Below are positions 39,412-51,115 of a stretch of 64,000 nucleotides of DNA, piece by piece. The notes beneath the pieces are model-generated. The model saw only the letters and a list, made by a program, of their open reading frames with translations, was not told the DNA's origin and ran no database searches. The stretch spans positions 11,088 through 75,087 of IMG/VR virus record IMGVR_UViG_2974727065_000001. The stretch is one strand, 5' to 3'. Position 1 is the first letter of the stretch. Each line of letters opens with the position of its first letter. This DNA comes from a virus. Its lineage: Duplodnaviria; Caudoviricetes. The position numbers and the translations under genes were made by a program.

Positions 39412-40146
39412 TGTCTGAACAACAACTTGAACTTCCGCTTGAGGGTCCGCGTCATGAACATGATTGTCGTGGCACTGACTGTTGCCAATACCTTCACACC
39501 TACTTCTGTGTGAGTCGGCAAGTCTGGATGGACGTCTACTTCTCGAAGCACGAAGAGATTTTGATCTATCGCTACAGCAGCGATGGTCCTGATTATATCA
39601 CTCGTAACGTGAGGTATCTCCTGTGAGCGGACCTGATGTTGTAATCTCAAGAGAACGAAAGGAGGCCCGGATGACTGTCCGGGTTCTCCAAACCAAAGAA
39701 GGTAATCCTCTCAGGGTTACTGTAGACGAGCGGAACCGTATGATCCAGTTCGTCCAATTCAATGATGAGGTCTTCGACGAAGTCCACATGCACATCACAA
39801 CCTTCGCTGCAATCTGCAAAGCTTTCAATGTAGATGAAGCTGAACTCGACAAACTTTACACACTTGAGCCTGTATGGCCTGAAGGAGAACTCTAATGTCC
39901 AACCACAAAACCAAAGAATATCGTCTCGAAATCGAAGCACTGCCGCGTCTGGACAGCATCGTAAAGGATGTCATCGATAGTGTTCAGGACGGAAAAGAGG
40001 GTCAGATCGTGATCACTCGTCGTTCAGAAGTACACGATGTCGAATTCGAGCGTGATGCCTACGAGGCGTTTATCGGACACGTCTGCCAACAGGTTGTTTC
40101 TCAAATGAAATTCAACTTGAAAGAGGTACGCTCGTATGACAGCTGA
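39411..40146 (+). CDS. Three small hypothetical proteins (39411-39626, 39623-39895, 39895-40146)
   Basis: Translationally coupled + strand ORFs. Confidence 0.5.
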
Positions 40147-41062
40147 ACCAGAAATCATTGAGTTTGATGAAGCTCCTGAGAAACGTCTCCTGATTGATGG
40201 GGACGTTCTTATCCACATGGCTTGTTGGCAAAAACCTATCAGCAAGAAGAAACAAGAGGAAATGAAAGAAGAGATCGAAGAGATCAGGGAATTCCAAGGT
40301 GACAACGAGTTGATCGCTCGTCTTGAGAAGAAACTTGAAGACTCGATCCTGACCTACCAGCCGACAATCGAGAAGGCTCAGTCCCGTTTCCGTCACTTCA
40401 TGCGGCAATCACTGGAAAGGTCTCACTGTGAAGAATACTCAATGGCGATTGGTGACAGTAAAGATAACTGGCGGCTCGACATCCATCCTGAGTACAAGCT
40501 GCACAAAGGACGGGCTGGTAACAACAAGAAACGAGCACCTTACATTCAAGACCTCCGTATGTGGGCGGTTAAAGAATACGGTGCGCACTACTGTCAAGGT
40601 TATGAAGCAGATGATGCCATTCGAACTTGGGCTACAAGGTTGGGTATTGGTAATTACGTTGTTTGTTCTGTTGATAAAGACCTCAACCTGATCCCCGGAG
40701 ATCACTTCGATCCCAAGACAGATGACAAAGATAAACGGTTCTGGTATATGGAACCTGAAGAGTCGGCGATGTTCTTCTGGGAGCAAATGCTCACAGGTGA
40801 CTCGATCGATAACATACCCGGTATCAGAGGTATCGGCCCTAAGAAGGCAGCGAAACTACTTGAGCCTTGCGAGAATGAGCAGGACTGTAAGGAAGTTGTC
40901 GTACAACAATATGACCTCAAATACGGGGAAGAAGGCTACAAAGAACTCCTGTTCAATGGGCAGCTTCTCCACATTTGGCGAAGCAAAGGAGATAATTGGA
41001 GCTTTGACCCGAAAGAATACGAAGAAATCACTGGAACCAAGCCCGTTGTTGGGCGCGAATGA
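40136..41062 (+). CDS. 5'-3' exonuclease / RNase H (T7 gp6-like)
   Basis: LIDGD, YK..R, EADD, SVDKD and GD..DNIPGI.GIG.K motifs. Confidence 0.9.
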   Translation: MTAEPEIIEFDEAPEKRLLIDGDVLIHMACWQKPISKKKQEEMKEEIEEIREFQGDNELIARLEKKLEDSILTYQPTIEKAQSRFRHFMRQSLERSHCEEYSMAIGDSKDNWRLDIHPEYKLHKGRAGNNKKRAPYIQDLRMWAVKEYGAHYCQGYEADDAIRTWATRLGIGNYVVCSVDKDLNLIPGDHFDPKTDDKDKRFWYMEPEESAMFFWEQMLTGDSIDNIPGIRGIGPKKAAKLLEPCENEQDCKEVVVQQYDLKYGEEGYKELLFNGQLLHIWRSKGDNWSFDPKEYEEITGTKPVVGRE

Positions 41063-41528
41063 AATAGGCCATTGGGAGTTCACGAAGAAGTTTCGTGTCT
41101 CTGAGTGGTTCGGCTTTATCTACTGCATCACTCGTAAGTCTGATGGAAAGTTTTACTTCGGTAAGAAACAACTCAGAGTGATGGGAAAGAAACGTAGTGC
41201 GAATTATGGGAAGGAGCATAGCTGGCGCACCTACACAGGTTCATCAGATGTGTTGAACAAGGACATCAAGGCTCTTGGTAAGGATGCTTTCGACTTTGAG
41301 ATCGTTGATCTTTACAAGACAAAAGGTGGTCTGTACTACGCAGAAGCTTATCTGCAAATGGTTAGCAACTCTCTACCTCTGCGCTTGCCCTCTGATCCTG
41401 AAAAGTTCGCTTCTTACAACGCAACAATCGCGGCTGTTCGCTTCATCCCGAAGGAAGAGCCTACCTACAGAACAAAGACTTTCGTATCGAAGGTCAACAA
41501 ACGTCTAAAGGAAAGATCACCAAAGTGA
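41049..41528 (+). CDS. GIY-YIG-family endonuclease (start approximate)
   Basis: GFIY.IT....K.Y.GKK and W..Y.GSS motifs. Confidence 0.7.
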   Translation: MGANEIGHWEFTKKFRVSEWFGFIYCITRKSDGKFYFGKKQLRVMGKKRSANYGKEHSWRTYTGSSDVLNKDIKALGKDAFDFEIVDLYKTKGGLYYAEAYLQMVSNSLPLRLPSDPEKFASYNATIAAVRFIPKEEPTYRTKTFVSKVNKRLKERSPK

Positions 41529-41686
41529 AATACATCGTTGCTGCTGTAGCATTCTTATCTCTAATCCTTGTTGGGGTCGGCATCTTTGCTGGCTCCAACG
41601 ACCTCATCCTGAAAGGGCTTGTGACTGGCTACCTGAATACGTGGCTTGCCGCAGTCTTTAAACAAATCAAGAAGTAAGGAATCCTA

Positions 41687-43594
41687 ATGCCAAGCAAGAT
41701 CGTTCTCCCAAAACAACCCTGTCCAGTTCACGGTGGATCGGACTCTGTAGCGGTCTACGATGATGGGTCTGCACATTGCTTCAATGGTGAGTGTAACCAT
41801 CACTGGCGACCGGGATCGTATGACTTCGACACTGACACTTTTATTGACCCCAAGAAAAGGAAACATGATGACGGGCTTTCTGACGACGATGAAGATGATG
41901 ATGTTGACATGTCTCAATTCATTGAAGAAGACGAGGACGAAGCACCTCGACGGAAAACCACAACAAAGCGAACCACATCAAGACGTGGAAAAGCAGTTGA
42001 ACCTAATCCCCAAGAAGTCGTCAACAAAATCTTCGACGGTTACGAAGCCGACAAATACAAATATCGCGGCGTTTCGGAGGCGGTTGTTGACTTCTACCGC
42101 TGTCGTATCTCCTACAACAATGATGGTACCCAGAAGGCGATCTACTACGCTTACAACCTCGACGAAAACCTCCACCCACAAGGATACAAGAAAAGGATCC
42201 TACCGAAAGACTTCTCTGAAGGGTCGGTCGGGAAGGTCTCTGGTACTTTTGGACGAGGCTTGTTCAGTGGCGGAAAGCGGCTCATTCTCACAGAGGGAGA
42301 AGATGATACCTTTGTCATCCAAGAGGCTTACTACCGAAAGTATGGGCGTATGTACCCCGTCCAGTCGCTACGTTCCTCCACTGGGGTCAAAGATCTCGTA
42401 GAAGAACGGGAGGAAATGAGGAAGTTCAAAGAAATCATCCTCTGGCTCGACAACGACTCTGCTGGTGAGAAGGCACTCAAAGAGGCTGCTAAGATCCTTG
42501 GCTATGATAAGGTCAAGGTCGTAAAGTGTGGCTACAAGGATGCTGGTGATGTCGCCCGTGAAGAGGGTATCGAAAGAGTCCTTGGCTACATCTATGATGC
42601 CACTGAGTACTCCCCTGCTGCTATCCTCAACGGCAAAGATCTCTGGGAACGTGTCGTCAACTACAACGAGAAACCAAGTATCAGTTACCCCGCCTTCATG
42701 GCAGGTCTGAATGAGAAACTTGGTGGTATGCGTTTCGGAGAGATCACTCTGTGGACTTCTGGTACTGGTTCTGGGAAGTCAACACTGATGAGGGAGATCA
42801 TGTATCACCTCAGTCAGATTGCTAAGTTGATCACGGCTGGTGAAGAGTTCTTCGAAACAGAGAACTACAAGAAGTTGATCGAACTTTGTCCAAGTATGGA
42901 GAACTATGAGTGGGAACAAACACCAAGGATCGGCGTTGTCACCCTTGAAGAAAGTCCAGAAGAGACTGCCCGTAAGTTGGCAGGTATGGCAATCAATCGC
43001 AACCCCGCTGCTGAAGATATCGACATCGATGACCTGAAACCGGGCTTTGATGATGTGTTTGGTGATGGGAATGTTCTCGTTCTTGACCACCAAGGCTCTA
43101 TCGATGATGGTTCTATCATGGACCACCTTGAATACATGTGCCTCAAAGGTTGTAAGTGGATCTTTGTTGACCACATCACCATTCTGGTATCTGAAGGTAT
43201 GGATGGACTCTCAGGAAACGAGGCGATTGACAAGATCATGAACGACCTGCTGAAGCTGGTCAAGAAGTATGACGTATGGATCGGCTTGATTAGTCACCTG
43301 CGTAAAACACCTAACGATAAGGTATCGTTCGAGGAAGGCAAGATCCCTTCTCTGGATGATATCAAAGGCTCAGGCTCTATCAAACAGATTGCATTTGACG
43401 TGATCGGGTTCGCCCGTAATCAAGCCTCAAATGATGAAGATGAGCGAAACACAGTGAATACAAAGGTTCTGAAATGCCGCTACACAGGTAAAACAGGACC
43501 ATCCGGTGCCTTCCTCTACGACTTCATGACAGGTCGTATGCAGAAAGGTGACGACTCTTTCATGACTGAAAAAGGAGCTTTCGAAGTTGTCTGA
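41687..43594 (+). CDS. Primase-helicase (T7 gp4-like)
   Basis: Zinc finger CP.H..SD...HCF..C, TOPRIM (EGE.D; D.D.AG), Walker A (SGTGSGKS), DHI, SHL and D.KGSGSI.Q. Confidence 0.93.
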   Translation: MPSKIVLPKQPCPVHGGSDSVAVYDDGSAHCFNGECNHHWRPGSYDFDTDTFIDPKKRKHDDGLSDDDEDDDVDMSQFIEEDEDEAPRRKTTTKRTTSRRGKAVEPNPQEVVNKIFDGYEADKYKYRGVSEAVVDFYRCRISYNNDGTQKAIYYAYNLDENLHPQGYKKRILPKDFSEGSVGKVSGTFGRGLFSGGKRLILTEGEDDTFVIQEAYYRKYGRMYPVQSLRSSTGVKDLVEEREEMRKFKEIILWLDNDSAGEKALKEAAKILGYDKVKVVKCGYKDAGDVAREEGIERVLGYIYDATEYSPAAILNGKDLWERVVNYNEKPSISYPAFMAGLNEKLGGMRFGEITLWTSGTGSGKSTLMREIMYHLSQIAKLITAGEEFFETENYKKLIELCPSMENYEWEQTPRIGVVTLEESPEETARKLAGMAINRNPAAEDIDIDDLKPGFDDVFGDGNVLVLDHQGSIDDGSIMDHLEYMCLKGCKWIFVDHITILVSEGMDGLSGNEAIDKIMNDLLKLVKKYDVWIGLISHLRKTPNDKVSFEEGKIPSLDDIKGSGSIKQIAFDVIGFARNQASNDEDERNTVNTKVLKCRYTGKTGPSGAFLYDFMTGRMQKGDDSFMTEKGAFEVV

Positions 43595-44076
43595 CTTCCG
43601 CTTTAACTCTGTAGATATGTTGCTCATGGACCCCTTCTTCGTGAAGGGCGTCCTGATGGTGATGTACAACCACACGAACCCAGAAACAATCAAAGAAGAG
43701 GAACCTGAGTTGTTCTCACTGATTACACAGATCTTCGACGAAGAAGCCGTTGAAGTTGAGGAGTCATGGGTGATTCCACACGCGAGCTTTGATTATGCTC
43801 AGTCCTTGATGGACGAAACCAAAATACCAAAGGAAAGGATAAACTAACATGAGTTATACACCGAAAGACTATGCGGAATTTCTGAAGACCGCTTACCGAA
43901 ACAACAAAGATGACATGGTGGATCACCTTGATAAAGAAGACATCAAGGCTCACTACCCTGAACACTTCCTAGAAGAGACCCGGAAAATCATTACACCTGA
44001 TCGAGTTACGATAGGTGACGTTAAAGCGGGAGCCTCAATCTCTGTCGCTAAACCGAAATCAAAGAAACTGAAATAA
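43587..44076 (+). CDS. Two small hypothetical proteins (43587-43847, 43849-44076)
   Basis: + strand ORFs filling the gap. Confidence 0.5.
44011..44030 (+). promoter_or_regulatory. Class II promoter-like motif upstream of RNR
   Basis: ATAGGTGACGTTAAAGCGGG. Confidence 0.65.
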
Positions 44077-44088
44077 GGAGAATCACCC

Positions 44089-45060
44089 ATGATGTTCGAA
44101 GAGCAGATCGCTCGTAAACCTAACCTCTACCCGTGGACGCAAGAATTCATTGATGCGATCTGGTCTACTCACTGGACTCCTAATGAGTTCAACTTTCTTT
44201 CTGACAAGAAGCAATTCCATCAAGACCTGACTGATGAGCAGCGTGCGGTTATCACTCGTACACTCTCTGCTATCGGCCAGATTGAGATTGCTGTGAAGAC
44301 CTTCTGGGCGAACCTTGGTGACAACCTCCCTCACCCCGGATTGAAAGATCTCGGTTATGTGATGGCAAACAATGAGGTGATCCATAACCAAGCCTATGAG
44401 AAGCTTCTTGATGTCCTCCGTCTAACTGACGCCTTCGAGGCAAATCTGAAAGAAGATGTGGTAGCTGGTCGTGTTAACTATCTTCGCAAATACAACAAAC
44501 GAACCTATGAGGATGACCGGAAACAATACATCTATGCAATCACACTGTTCACGCTGTTCGTCGAGAACGTGTCCCTGTTCAGCCAATTCTTGATCGTCAA
44601 CCACTTCAACCGTTTCCATAACGTGTTGAAAGATACTGCACAACAGGTAGAGTACACTCGTGTTGAAGAACAGCTTCACGCGAATGTTGGCATCCGTATC
44701 ATCAACACTCTTCGGCAAGAGTACCCAGAACTGTTCGATGATGAGCTTGTTGCCCGTGTGAAACATGAAGCTCAAGAAGCTCTGATTGCTGAGTCGAATG
44801 TTATCCGCTGGATCATGGGTGGTTACTCGGAAAAAGGTCTGAGTGATGACATCCTGATTGCTTACATCACCAATCGGATCAATGTGTCGATGCAGGACAT
44901 TGGCTTCGATGTAAAACTCCCTCTGGACCGTGGTCTATTGGAGTATACCTACTGGATGGATGAAGAATCTACTGGTACAGGTAACTATGACTTCTTCCAT
45001 AAGCGAGACATTGCTTACGGTAAATCCACTCAATCTTTCGCTGACGACGACTTGTTCTAA
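44089..45060 (+). CDS. nrdB: Ribonucleotide reductase class I beta subunit
   Basis: W...E, E.IH..AY, E..SLFS.F and EE.LH metal ligands; DFF.K tail. Confidence 0.92.
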   Translation: MMFEEQIARKPNLYPWTQEFIDAIWSTHWTPNEFNFLSDKKQFHQDLTDEQRAVITRTLSAIGQIEIAVKTFWANLGDNLPHPGLKDLGYVMANNEVIHNQAYEKLLDVLRLTDAFEANLKEDVVAGRVNYLRKYNKRTYEDDRKQYIYAITLFTLFVENVSLFSQFLIVNHFNRFHNVLKDTAQQVEYTRVEEQLHANVGIRIINTLRQEYPELFDDELVARVKHEAQEALIAESNVIRWIMGGYSEKGLSDDILIAYITNRINVSMQDIGFDVKLPLDRGLLEYTYWMDEESTGTGNYDFFHKRDIAYGKSTQSFADDDLF

Positions 45061-45074
45061 GAGGACCAATAATA

Positions 45075-46772
45075 ATGACAAACGAAACTTTCTACTGGAA
45101 TAACGAAGACACGAAACGTTTTACTGGCGGTGATTACCTGCGCCACGGTGAAACTCTCGAACAACGAGCACGAGCGATTGCTGATCGCTTGGAAGAAATC
45201 ACAGGTATCCCCGGTATCGGTGATCAATTCTATGCTATGTTGGCAAAGAACTGGTTCTCCCTCTCAAGCCCTGTTTGGGCTAACTTTGGTCGTTCTGGTC
45301 TGCCAATCAGTTGCAACAACAGCTACATACCGGATGACATCGCTGGTATGGCGTCCAAGCTTGCAGAAGTCTGGATGATGACCAAACATGGCGCTGGTAC
45401 TTCTGGCTACTTCGGAGACATCCGACCTTCGGGTTCTCCAATCGGAGACGATGAAGGAAAAGCGGATGGTCCAGTCCACTTCATGCGACCCTTTGACAAC
45501 GCTATCGATGTTGTATCTCAAGGTCAGGTTCGCCGTGGTAACTTCGCTGCTTACCTTCCTCTGAATCATCCTGACATTGATGACTTCCTTGAAGCACGAG
45601 AGGAAGGTCATCCTGTCCAACTCCTGTCCTTGGGTGTTACCGTCACTGACGAGTGGCTTGAGGAAATGGTTGCGGGTGACACTCGTAAACGAAAGATCTG
45701 GGCAAGGGTTCTTCGGAAACGCTTTGAGTCCGGCTTCCCTTACATCGTGTTCCACGACAACATGAACAATGCTGCACCTGAAGTCTACAAGCTGAAAGGT
45801 ATGGTGATCAATGGATCGAACCTTTGTTCTGAGATTGCTCTGGCTTCGTCCATGAGGGAAAGCTTTGTATGTGACCTTGGCTCGATGAACCTTGAGAAGT
45901 ACGATGAGTGGAAAGATACCAGCGCAGTCTACCTGTACACCATCTTCCTTGATGCCGTGATGAGCGAATACATCGAAAAGGTAAAAGACATTCCTCACAT
46001 GGAAGCTGCCTACAACTTCGCTAAGAACCAACGTGCTCTTGGTGTTGGTGTTCTTGGTTATCACTCCTACCTTCAGAAGAACATGATCCCGTTCGAATCT
46101 GAAGAGGCCCGTGCTATCAATATTGAAATGCACAAACACATCTGGGAAGAGACACAGCGAGCAAGCCGTGATATGGCAAAGCTCTGGGGTGAACCTGAAC
46201 TGATGAAAGGTACAGGTCTCCGTAACGTGACTACGATGGCTATCGCTCCTACCAAGAGTTCCAGCTTCATTCATGGTCAGGTTTCTCCTTCGATCGAACC
46301 TTGGCACAGCAACTACTTCACTCAGGTCTCGGCTAAAGGGAAGTTCACTGTCAAGAACAAGTGGCTAGAGGCTCTGATCGATAAGAAGGTTCAGTTGGAA
46401 GCTGGTTGTGTTGATGACTACGAATACCAAGAAACCATCCGTGGTATCTGGGAGCGTATCCTGAAAGATAACGGTTCGGTTCAGAACCTTGAATTCCTTT
46501 CGGATCACGAGAAGGCTGTCTTCAAGACCTTTGGGGAACTGTCTCAACGTGAGATTATCGATCAAGCTGCTGATCGTCAACCTTACATCGACCAAGCCCA
46601 ATCCCTGAACGTGATGATCCATCCAAAGACTCCTGTGAAGGATGTCAATGCGTTGTATCTTCATGCTTGGAAGCGAGGCATCAAGTCGCTCTACTACCAG
46701 AAGGGTCAGAACATGGCCCAAGAGGCTGTTCGTAATATTATGCAAGTTGATTGCGCGGCTTGCGAAGCCTAA
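45075..46772 (+). CDS. nrdA: Ribonucleotide reductase class I alpha subunit
   Basis: SNLCSEI, AIAPT.SSS, IDQAQS.N, KSLYY and C-terminal C..C. Confidence 0.95.
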   Translation: MTNETFYWNNEDTKRFTGGDYLRHGETLEQRARAIADRLEEITGIPGIGDQFYAMLAKNWFSLSSPVWANFGRSGLPISCNNSYIPDDIAGMASKLAEVWMMTKHGAGTSGYFGDIRPSGSPIGDDEGKADGPVHFMRPFDNAIDVVSQGQVRRGNFAAYLPLNHPDIDDFLEAREEGHPVQLLSLGVTVTDEWLEEMVAGDTRKRKIWARVLRKRFESGFPYIVFHDNMNNAAPEVYKLKGMVINGSNLCSEIALASSMRESFVCDLGSMNLEKYDEWKDTSAVYLYTIFLDAVMSEYIEKVKDIPHMEAAYNFAKNQRALGVGVLGYHSYLQKNMIPFESEEARAINIEMHKHIWEETQRASRDMAKLWGEPELMKGTGLRNVTTMAIAPTKSSSFIHGQVSPSIEPWHSNYFTQVSAKGKFTVKNKWLEALIDKKVQLEAGCVDDYEYQETIRGIWERILKDNGSVQNLEFLSDHEKAVFKTFGELSQREIIDQAADRQPYIDQAQSLNVMIHPKTPVKDVNALYLHAWKRGIKSLYYQKGQNMAQEAVRNIMQVDCAACEA

Positions 46773-46837
46773 GAGAATTCTGCTCACCCTGTGATGGGGT
46801 GGGCAACCTTACCAAACATGTAACCAAAGGAAAACAC

Positions 46838-47407
46838 ATGTACGCTACTCACGTCCCTATCATTGCAATGAATGCAAAAGATGACTCTGACTACTTTCTG
46901 TCAGTTATCGAGTTTGTGATGGCAACGATCCGACGACCGTTCTATCTTGTGAAACCCGGTGTGAAATTCTCAAAGGTGCAAGAGAACGGCTTGAATCACG
47001 CCTGTGACTACCTCGACATGTTCCACACCTGTACCTTCGATGACAGACTCTCTTTGGAAGACAAGATCAAGATCCTGATGCAGATCGATGGTCTGAACAT
47101 CCCCAAAGCTTCCTTCGTGTTGCAGTTGACAGGCCATGAGATCGGCTGTATCGATACTCACAATGCTACTATCATGGGTGTAGACTCTGATGCGCTGGTT
47201 ATGAGGAAGACCGCTAAGAAGTACAACCCAGAAAAGATCTGGCGTTACATCGGCATGTGTCAGTCAACTCAGATGGGCGGCTCACAGAAGATGTGGGACT
47301 CGTGGTGTGATTTTATACACCAGAAATACCCAAAACGTTTCGATAGCGGGCATACTGTATCGCGCTATCACGTTGAAGCAATCAACGCTTTCTTTGAAAG
47401 GAAATGA
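46838..47407 (+). CDS. HhH DNA-glycosylase-like protein
   Basis: IDGL..PKASF.LQL.G..IGCID.H resembles the Ogg2-type helix-hairpin-helix motif. Confidence 0.5.
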   Translation: MYATHVPIIAMNAKDDSDYFLSVIEFVMATIRRPFYLVKPGVKFSKVQENGLNHACDYLDMFHTCTFDDRLSLEDKIKILMQIDGLNIPKASFVLQLTGHEIGCIDTHNATIMGVDSDALVMRKTAKKYNPEKIWRYIGMCQSTQMGGSQKMWDSWCDFIHQKYPKRFDSGHTVSRYHVEAINAFFERK

Positions 47408-48834
47408 GAATGAACAAGAAACTAAAAAAGTACCTACCCATGTTCCTCTGGAACTTCTATGTGTGCATGGTGATCAAAGAGCTACGTGGGCCAAGTATGA
47501 AGTTTTACGCTGCCGCTTGGACCTACTATCTGAGTATCGTAGTAAGCTTCCCTCTCTGGATCTGGGGTGTGCTGTTCTCTTTGATCCACATCATATCAGA
47601 GGCTATCATGGACGCTTACGAGAAGTACGTTCTCGGCTATCCCATGCGACCTGTGATCCTACTGAGAAAACGTGCAGAAAGACTTAGAGCGAAATCTTTC
47701 CGTGTTCTGAAACCTGAAGAAATCCGTAAACGTTTGGAGCTTGAATAACATGCAAATCGTAGCAGATAACACCTACCGCCCTACTACTTCCTATGTCAAG
47801 TGCATTGGCGCGGAGACTCAGTTCTACAAGACCGGACAACGCTACAAGGTCTTCAAAAAGGAAGGTGATGAAAAAGGTCGATACGTCCAAGGTTCTGACG
47901 GGATCTTCGATCGGATCGGTATGACTGTTTCCAAATTCAAAGCAGAGGAGAAGTGAGAGTGCATATCGTTATGAACAACTGTGATGTAGTGATGCGTTAT
48001 GAAACCAAAGGTGACGAGGGTGAAATCGTCGCTCGTCGTATCGACGTGGGAGACCCTGAACCAGATCAAGAACTGATACAGATTACTGAGTCAGCTTACG
48101 AACTCTGGATAGGGTGCGTTAAAGCGGGGGAAACCATTCTGGGCCTCGCTGACTGGTACAACGAAAACAAAGAAACATTGGAGTAAAGAAAGAATGGCTG
48201 CACCTAAGAAAGCAACCGCAACCCCTGCCAAACGGCGTAAGAAAGTCCTGAAACGGGTTCCTGAAGAGATCGTGAAAGATGCTGCGGTCAGTCTGGGACG
48301 CCGGAATGTGAGCATTCTGGTTTTCGGTCTGGATGAGTTCAATGAAATGTTCCTTCATCAGTTCATGAAGAACTTGAACAACCGTCTTCGGTTCAGTGCC
48401 TTCGATAATAACGTTGCAAGTCGGATGACGGCAACTATCGGACGTTACCAACACTCCCTTGGTCGAGCAGAGTTCATCAACCCTCAATCAGTGTTCCAAG
48501 CAGGTTGGGCTGACGTGATTGTCTTTGGCACCGAGGAAAGCTTCGAGCTGTATTCAGAAGGCAAGAAACTACAAGATCTCTACAAAGAGATTGTCGTGTT
48601 GGAGAAGTTCTGATGCAAGACGGTTATGATGAGGTATTCCACCTACAAGGAAATACTGAAGGTGAGTACCTTATGATCAAGGTGACAGGAACAGAAATGT
48701 CTCCGGAGAATGACTTGTTCTTCTCAGACATCATGCACGTTGAATACAAAGGTCAACCCTACACGATCCATTGGGATGACTATGATGCTTGTTATGCAGG
48801 AAGGGTAGATGGGAAATATGGATACGTATACTGA
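47404..48834 (+). CDS. Run of hypothetical proteins (47404-47748, 47741-47956, 47953-48186, 48194-48613, 48613-48834)
   Basis: Coupled + strand ORFs. Confidence 0.5.
48109..48130 (+). promoter_or_regulatory. Class II promoter-like motif
   Basis: ATAGGGTGCGTTAAAGCGGGGG. Confidence 0.7.
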
Positions 48835-49108
48835 CGGACTTGTGATGATCTCTCGCCGGGAAGGTTGCCCTCACTGTGAGAGTATGAAGATTCATCTTGA
48901 GAATGCGGGGTTGAAACCCCAAGTGGTGTTCTCAGACAACATTCGTGAGCTTTTCGTCGCGAAACATCAAACAGTACCTCAACTGTACTTCCGAGGTGAA
49001 CTTGTTGGAGACGCAGCAGCGATCCGGTTGGCACATCAGCTTGGAGGTGATGACGGGGTTCGTCGTAAAGCACTGAAGGAAGATAAGGATGAGTATGGTC
49101 TTTTCTGA
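48818..49108 (+). CDS. Glutaredoxin
   Basis: CPHC active site, TVPQ and .G..VG motifs. Confidence 0.85.
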   Translation: MDTYTDGLVMISRREGCPHCESMKIHLENAGLKPQVVFSDNIRELFVAKHQTVPQLYFRGELVGDAAAIRLAHQLGGDDGVRRKALKEDKDEYGLF

Positions 49109-51100
49109 GATCGGTTGGGATTCTGTTGACTTCAAGAATTGGGAGGCTCTTTATAAGGGTCTCCTTTTTAACATCAAAGAGGATTGGGTCTACGGATACT
49201 ACTCCCTTTACATCAACGAAGAGTTCTACGGTGACTTCACCGATATGAACCAAGCAAAAGAACACGCACGTATTTATGCAGAGGAGCATGGCGCAAATGA
49301 AGACTGAACAACAACCGATCATCATCACCATTGACGAAGAACTGGTGGAAACCTACAACCGCACCTTCCAGTATGAGGAGATTGAACCTTACAAGAACCT
49401 TGCTGGTGTCAACTTCGCCTTCGAACACGAGAAGGGTCTGAACCTGAGTGGTGTCGGCTACATTCGTTTCTCGGATGGTACAGTGAGCGTCCGCAATCCT
49501 AACACAGACGAGCACACCCGTGTCCCTATGTCTGAATGCACGATCATGCCTCGTGATAAGAAATCTCGTCGTCACATGGCCGCTGCTGACTTCTGGAAAG
49601 AAAACCTGACTGTCGGCTCTATCATCAAAGAATGGGGTAAGTCTGAGTTCCATGCGATGGTTATGGGGATCGACGGTAACAACTTCCACTGGATTGAAGT
49701 GAACTCGAAGGCGCTCAAAGAAGGTCAAATCTCCTTCCACGGTTCTGCCTCGATTTCTGGTATCGGGAAGATCGAAACGGCTCTGATCGGAGAACTCTCT
49801 TGGGGTGCTCGTATGCAGAACACTGTTTCAGACATTCCGGTGGTCTACGAAGAGGATGGTGTTATCACTGATGAAGATGGAAATGAAATCATTGAAGGAG
49901 AAGTCGAATGAAGGCTGTAGGAACTCTGGCGTCGTTCAACGCTCAAGTTGGTGAGATCTTTGACTACTACGGAGAAACCCGTTGGGAAGTACTTGAGGTG
50001 AATCCAGAAGGGAAGCTTGGTTATAAGATCAAGTGTCTCGATACCGGATTCATCAACCCATGCTACGCTGCTGATGGTGTCTTCTCTCGTGTTGAGAAGA
50101 AGGCTGAGAAGGTTATGATCGGATATATCGGTGTGGATGCGAAGGGTGATCCTGTACGGCCTGTTAAATCAGGTGGTTATATCGGACGCCCTGCAATGAA
50201 ACTCCCACCACGCATCTACACAACAAAGTCGAAAGCGATGCAGTACCACGGTGCTGTTTCTGTGAAACCTGTTTACATGGAGTGGCTATGAAAGAAACAC
50301 CGAAAGGCTTCAAGAGACTCAGTGATGGTGTTCTTCACTGGAATCCCGGCTGGGATCGTGTTAGCTACGATGATCCCGGTGAAGCTATCAAACAACATTG
50401 GGCAGGTGAGCTTCGGTTCGCCTGTAATGAACGAAACTTCAGTAACTATCGCTCTCATCCTTGTGGGAACACAGCAAAGTATGACCCTGATGAGAATGGG
50501 AATCTGACAAAGTGCGGCCATCATAGTGCTGCTGCTAAGGCTCGTAAGAAGAAGAAGCAAGAAGAACGGGATGCCGCTCGGAATGCTAAGTGGGACTACG
50601 CTCGTTCAGTCCGAGAACATCAACATCAACTAGAAGCGATTGTTCGTGAGATTGCTCTTGGTCACAATGACCCTCGAACTCTGTGTTCGGATTGGGTAAA
50701 ACGTAAAGAAGAACTCAAAGAGGAGAACCCTGAGAAATGATGTATGCTGTAGGAATGGTTATCGGATTCATGTTTTGGATGGTGTGGTCTTTCATTGGAC
50801 TCATCGCCTTGTTGAGCTACCTTGATGACTTCAAGAAAATGGAAGGTTGGGATCATATCTCCTTCTGGTTGTTTATGGTCCTTGGTGCTGGCTATACTGA
50901 CTGGTACTTCGGATGGGGGTCTTGAACTGATGTGGGTAGAGAGTTTTATCCAGCACGTTGAGGATCTGGCCAAAGATAAGTCCAATGTGGTCCTATTAAA
51001 GTTCTACGCATGTGGACAAGAACAAACGATCGCACTTCAACCTGATATGGTTGAGCGCACTGAAGAGGGTGATGTGATCATCCTCGCTGACTTTAACTGA
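49089..51100 (+). CDS. Run of hypothetical proteins (49089-49307, ~49297-49911, 49908-50291, 50288-50740, 50737-50925, ~50930-51100)
   Basis: Coupled + strand ORFs with RBSs. Confidence 0.5.
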
Positions 51101-51115
51101 ACAAAAGGAAAGAAA

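Noticed and set aside
40722-41048. Long N-terminal extension of the GIY-YIG ORF overlapping the exonuclease
   Set aside because: The recognisable domain starts only after about 41060; the upstream part is probably incidental open frame.
37282-46772. Introns or inteins in PolA, helicase or RNR
   Set aside because: The genes are uninterrupted and of ordinary length; the GIY-YIG gene is free-standing.
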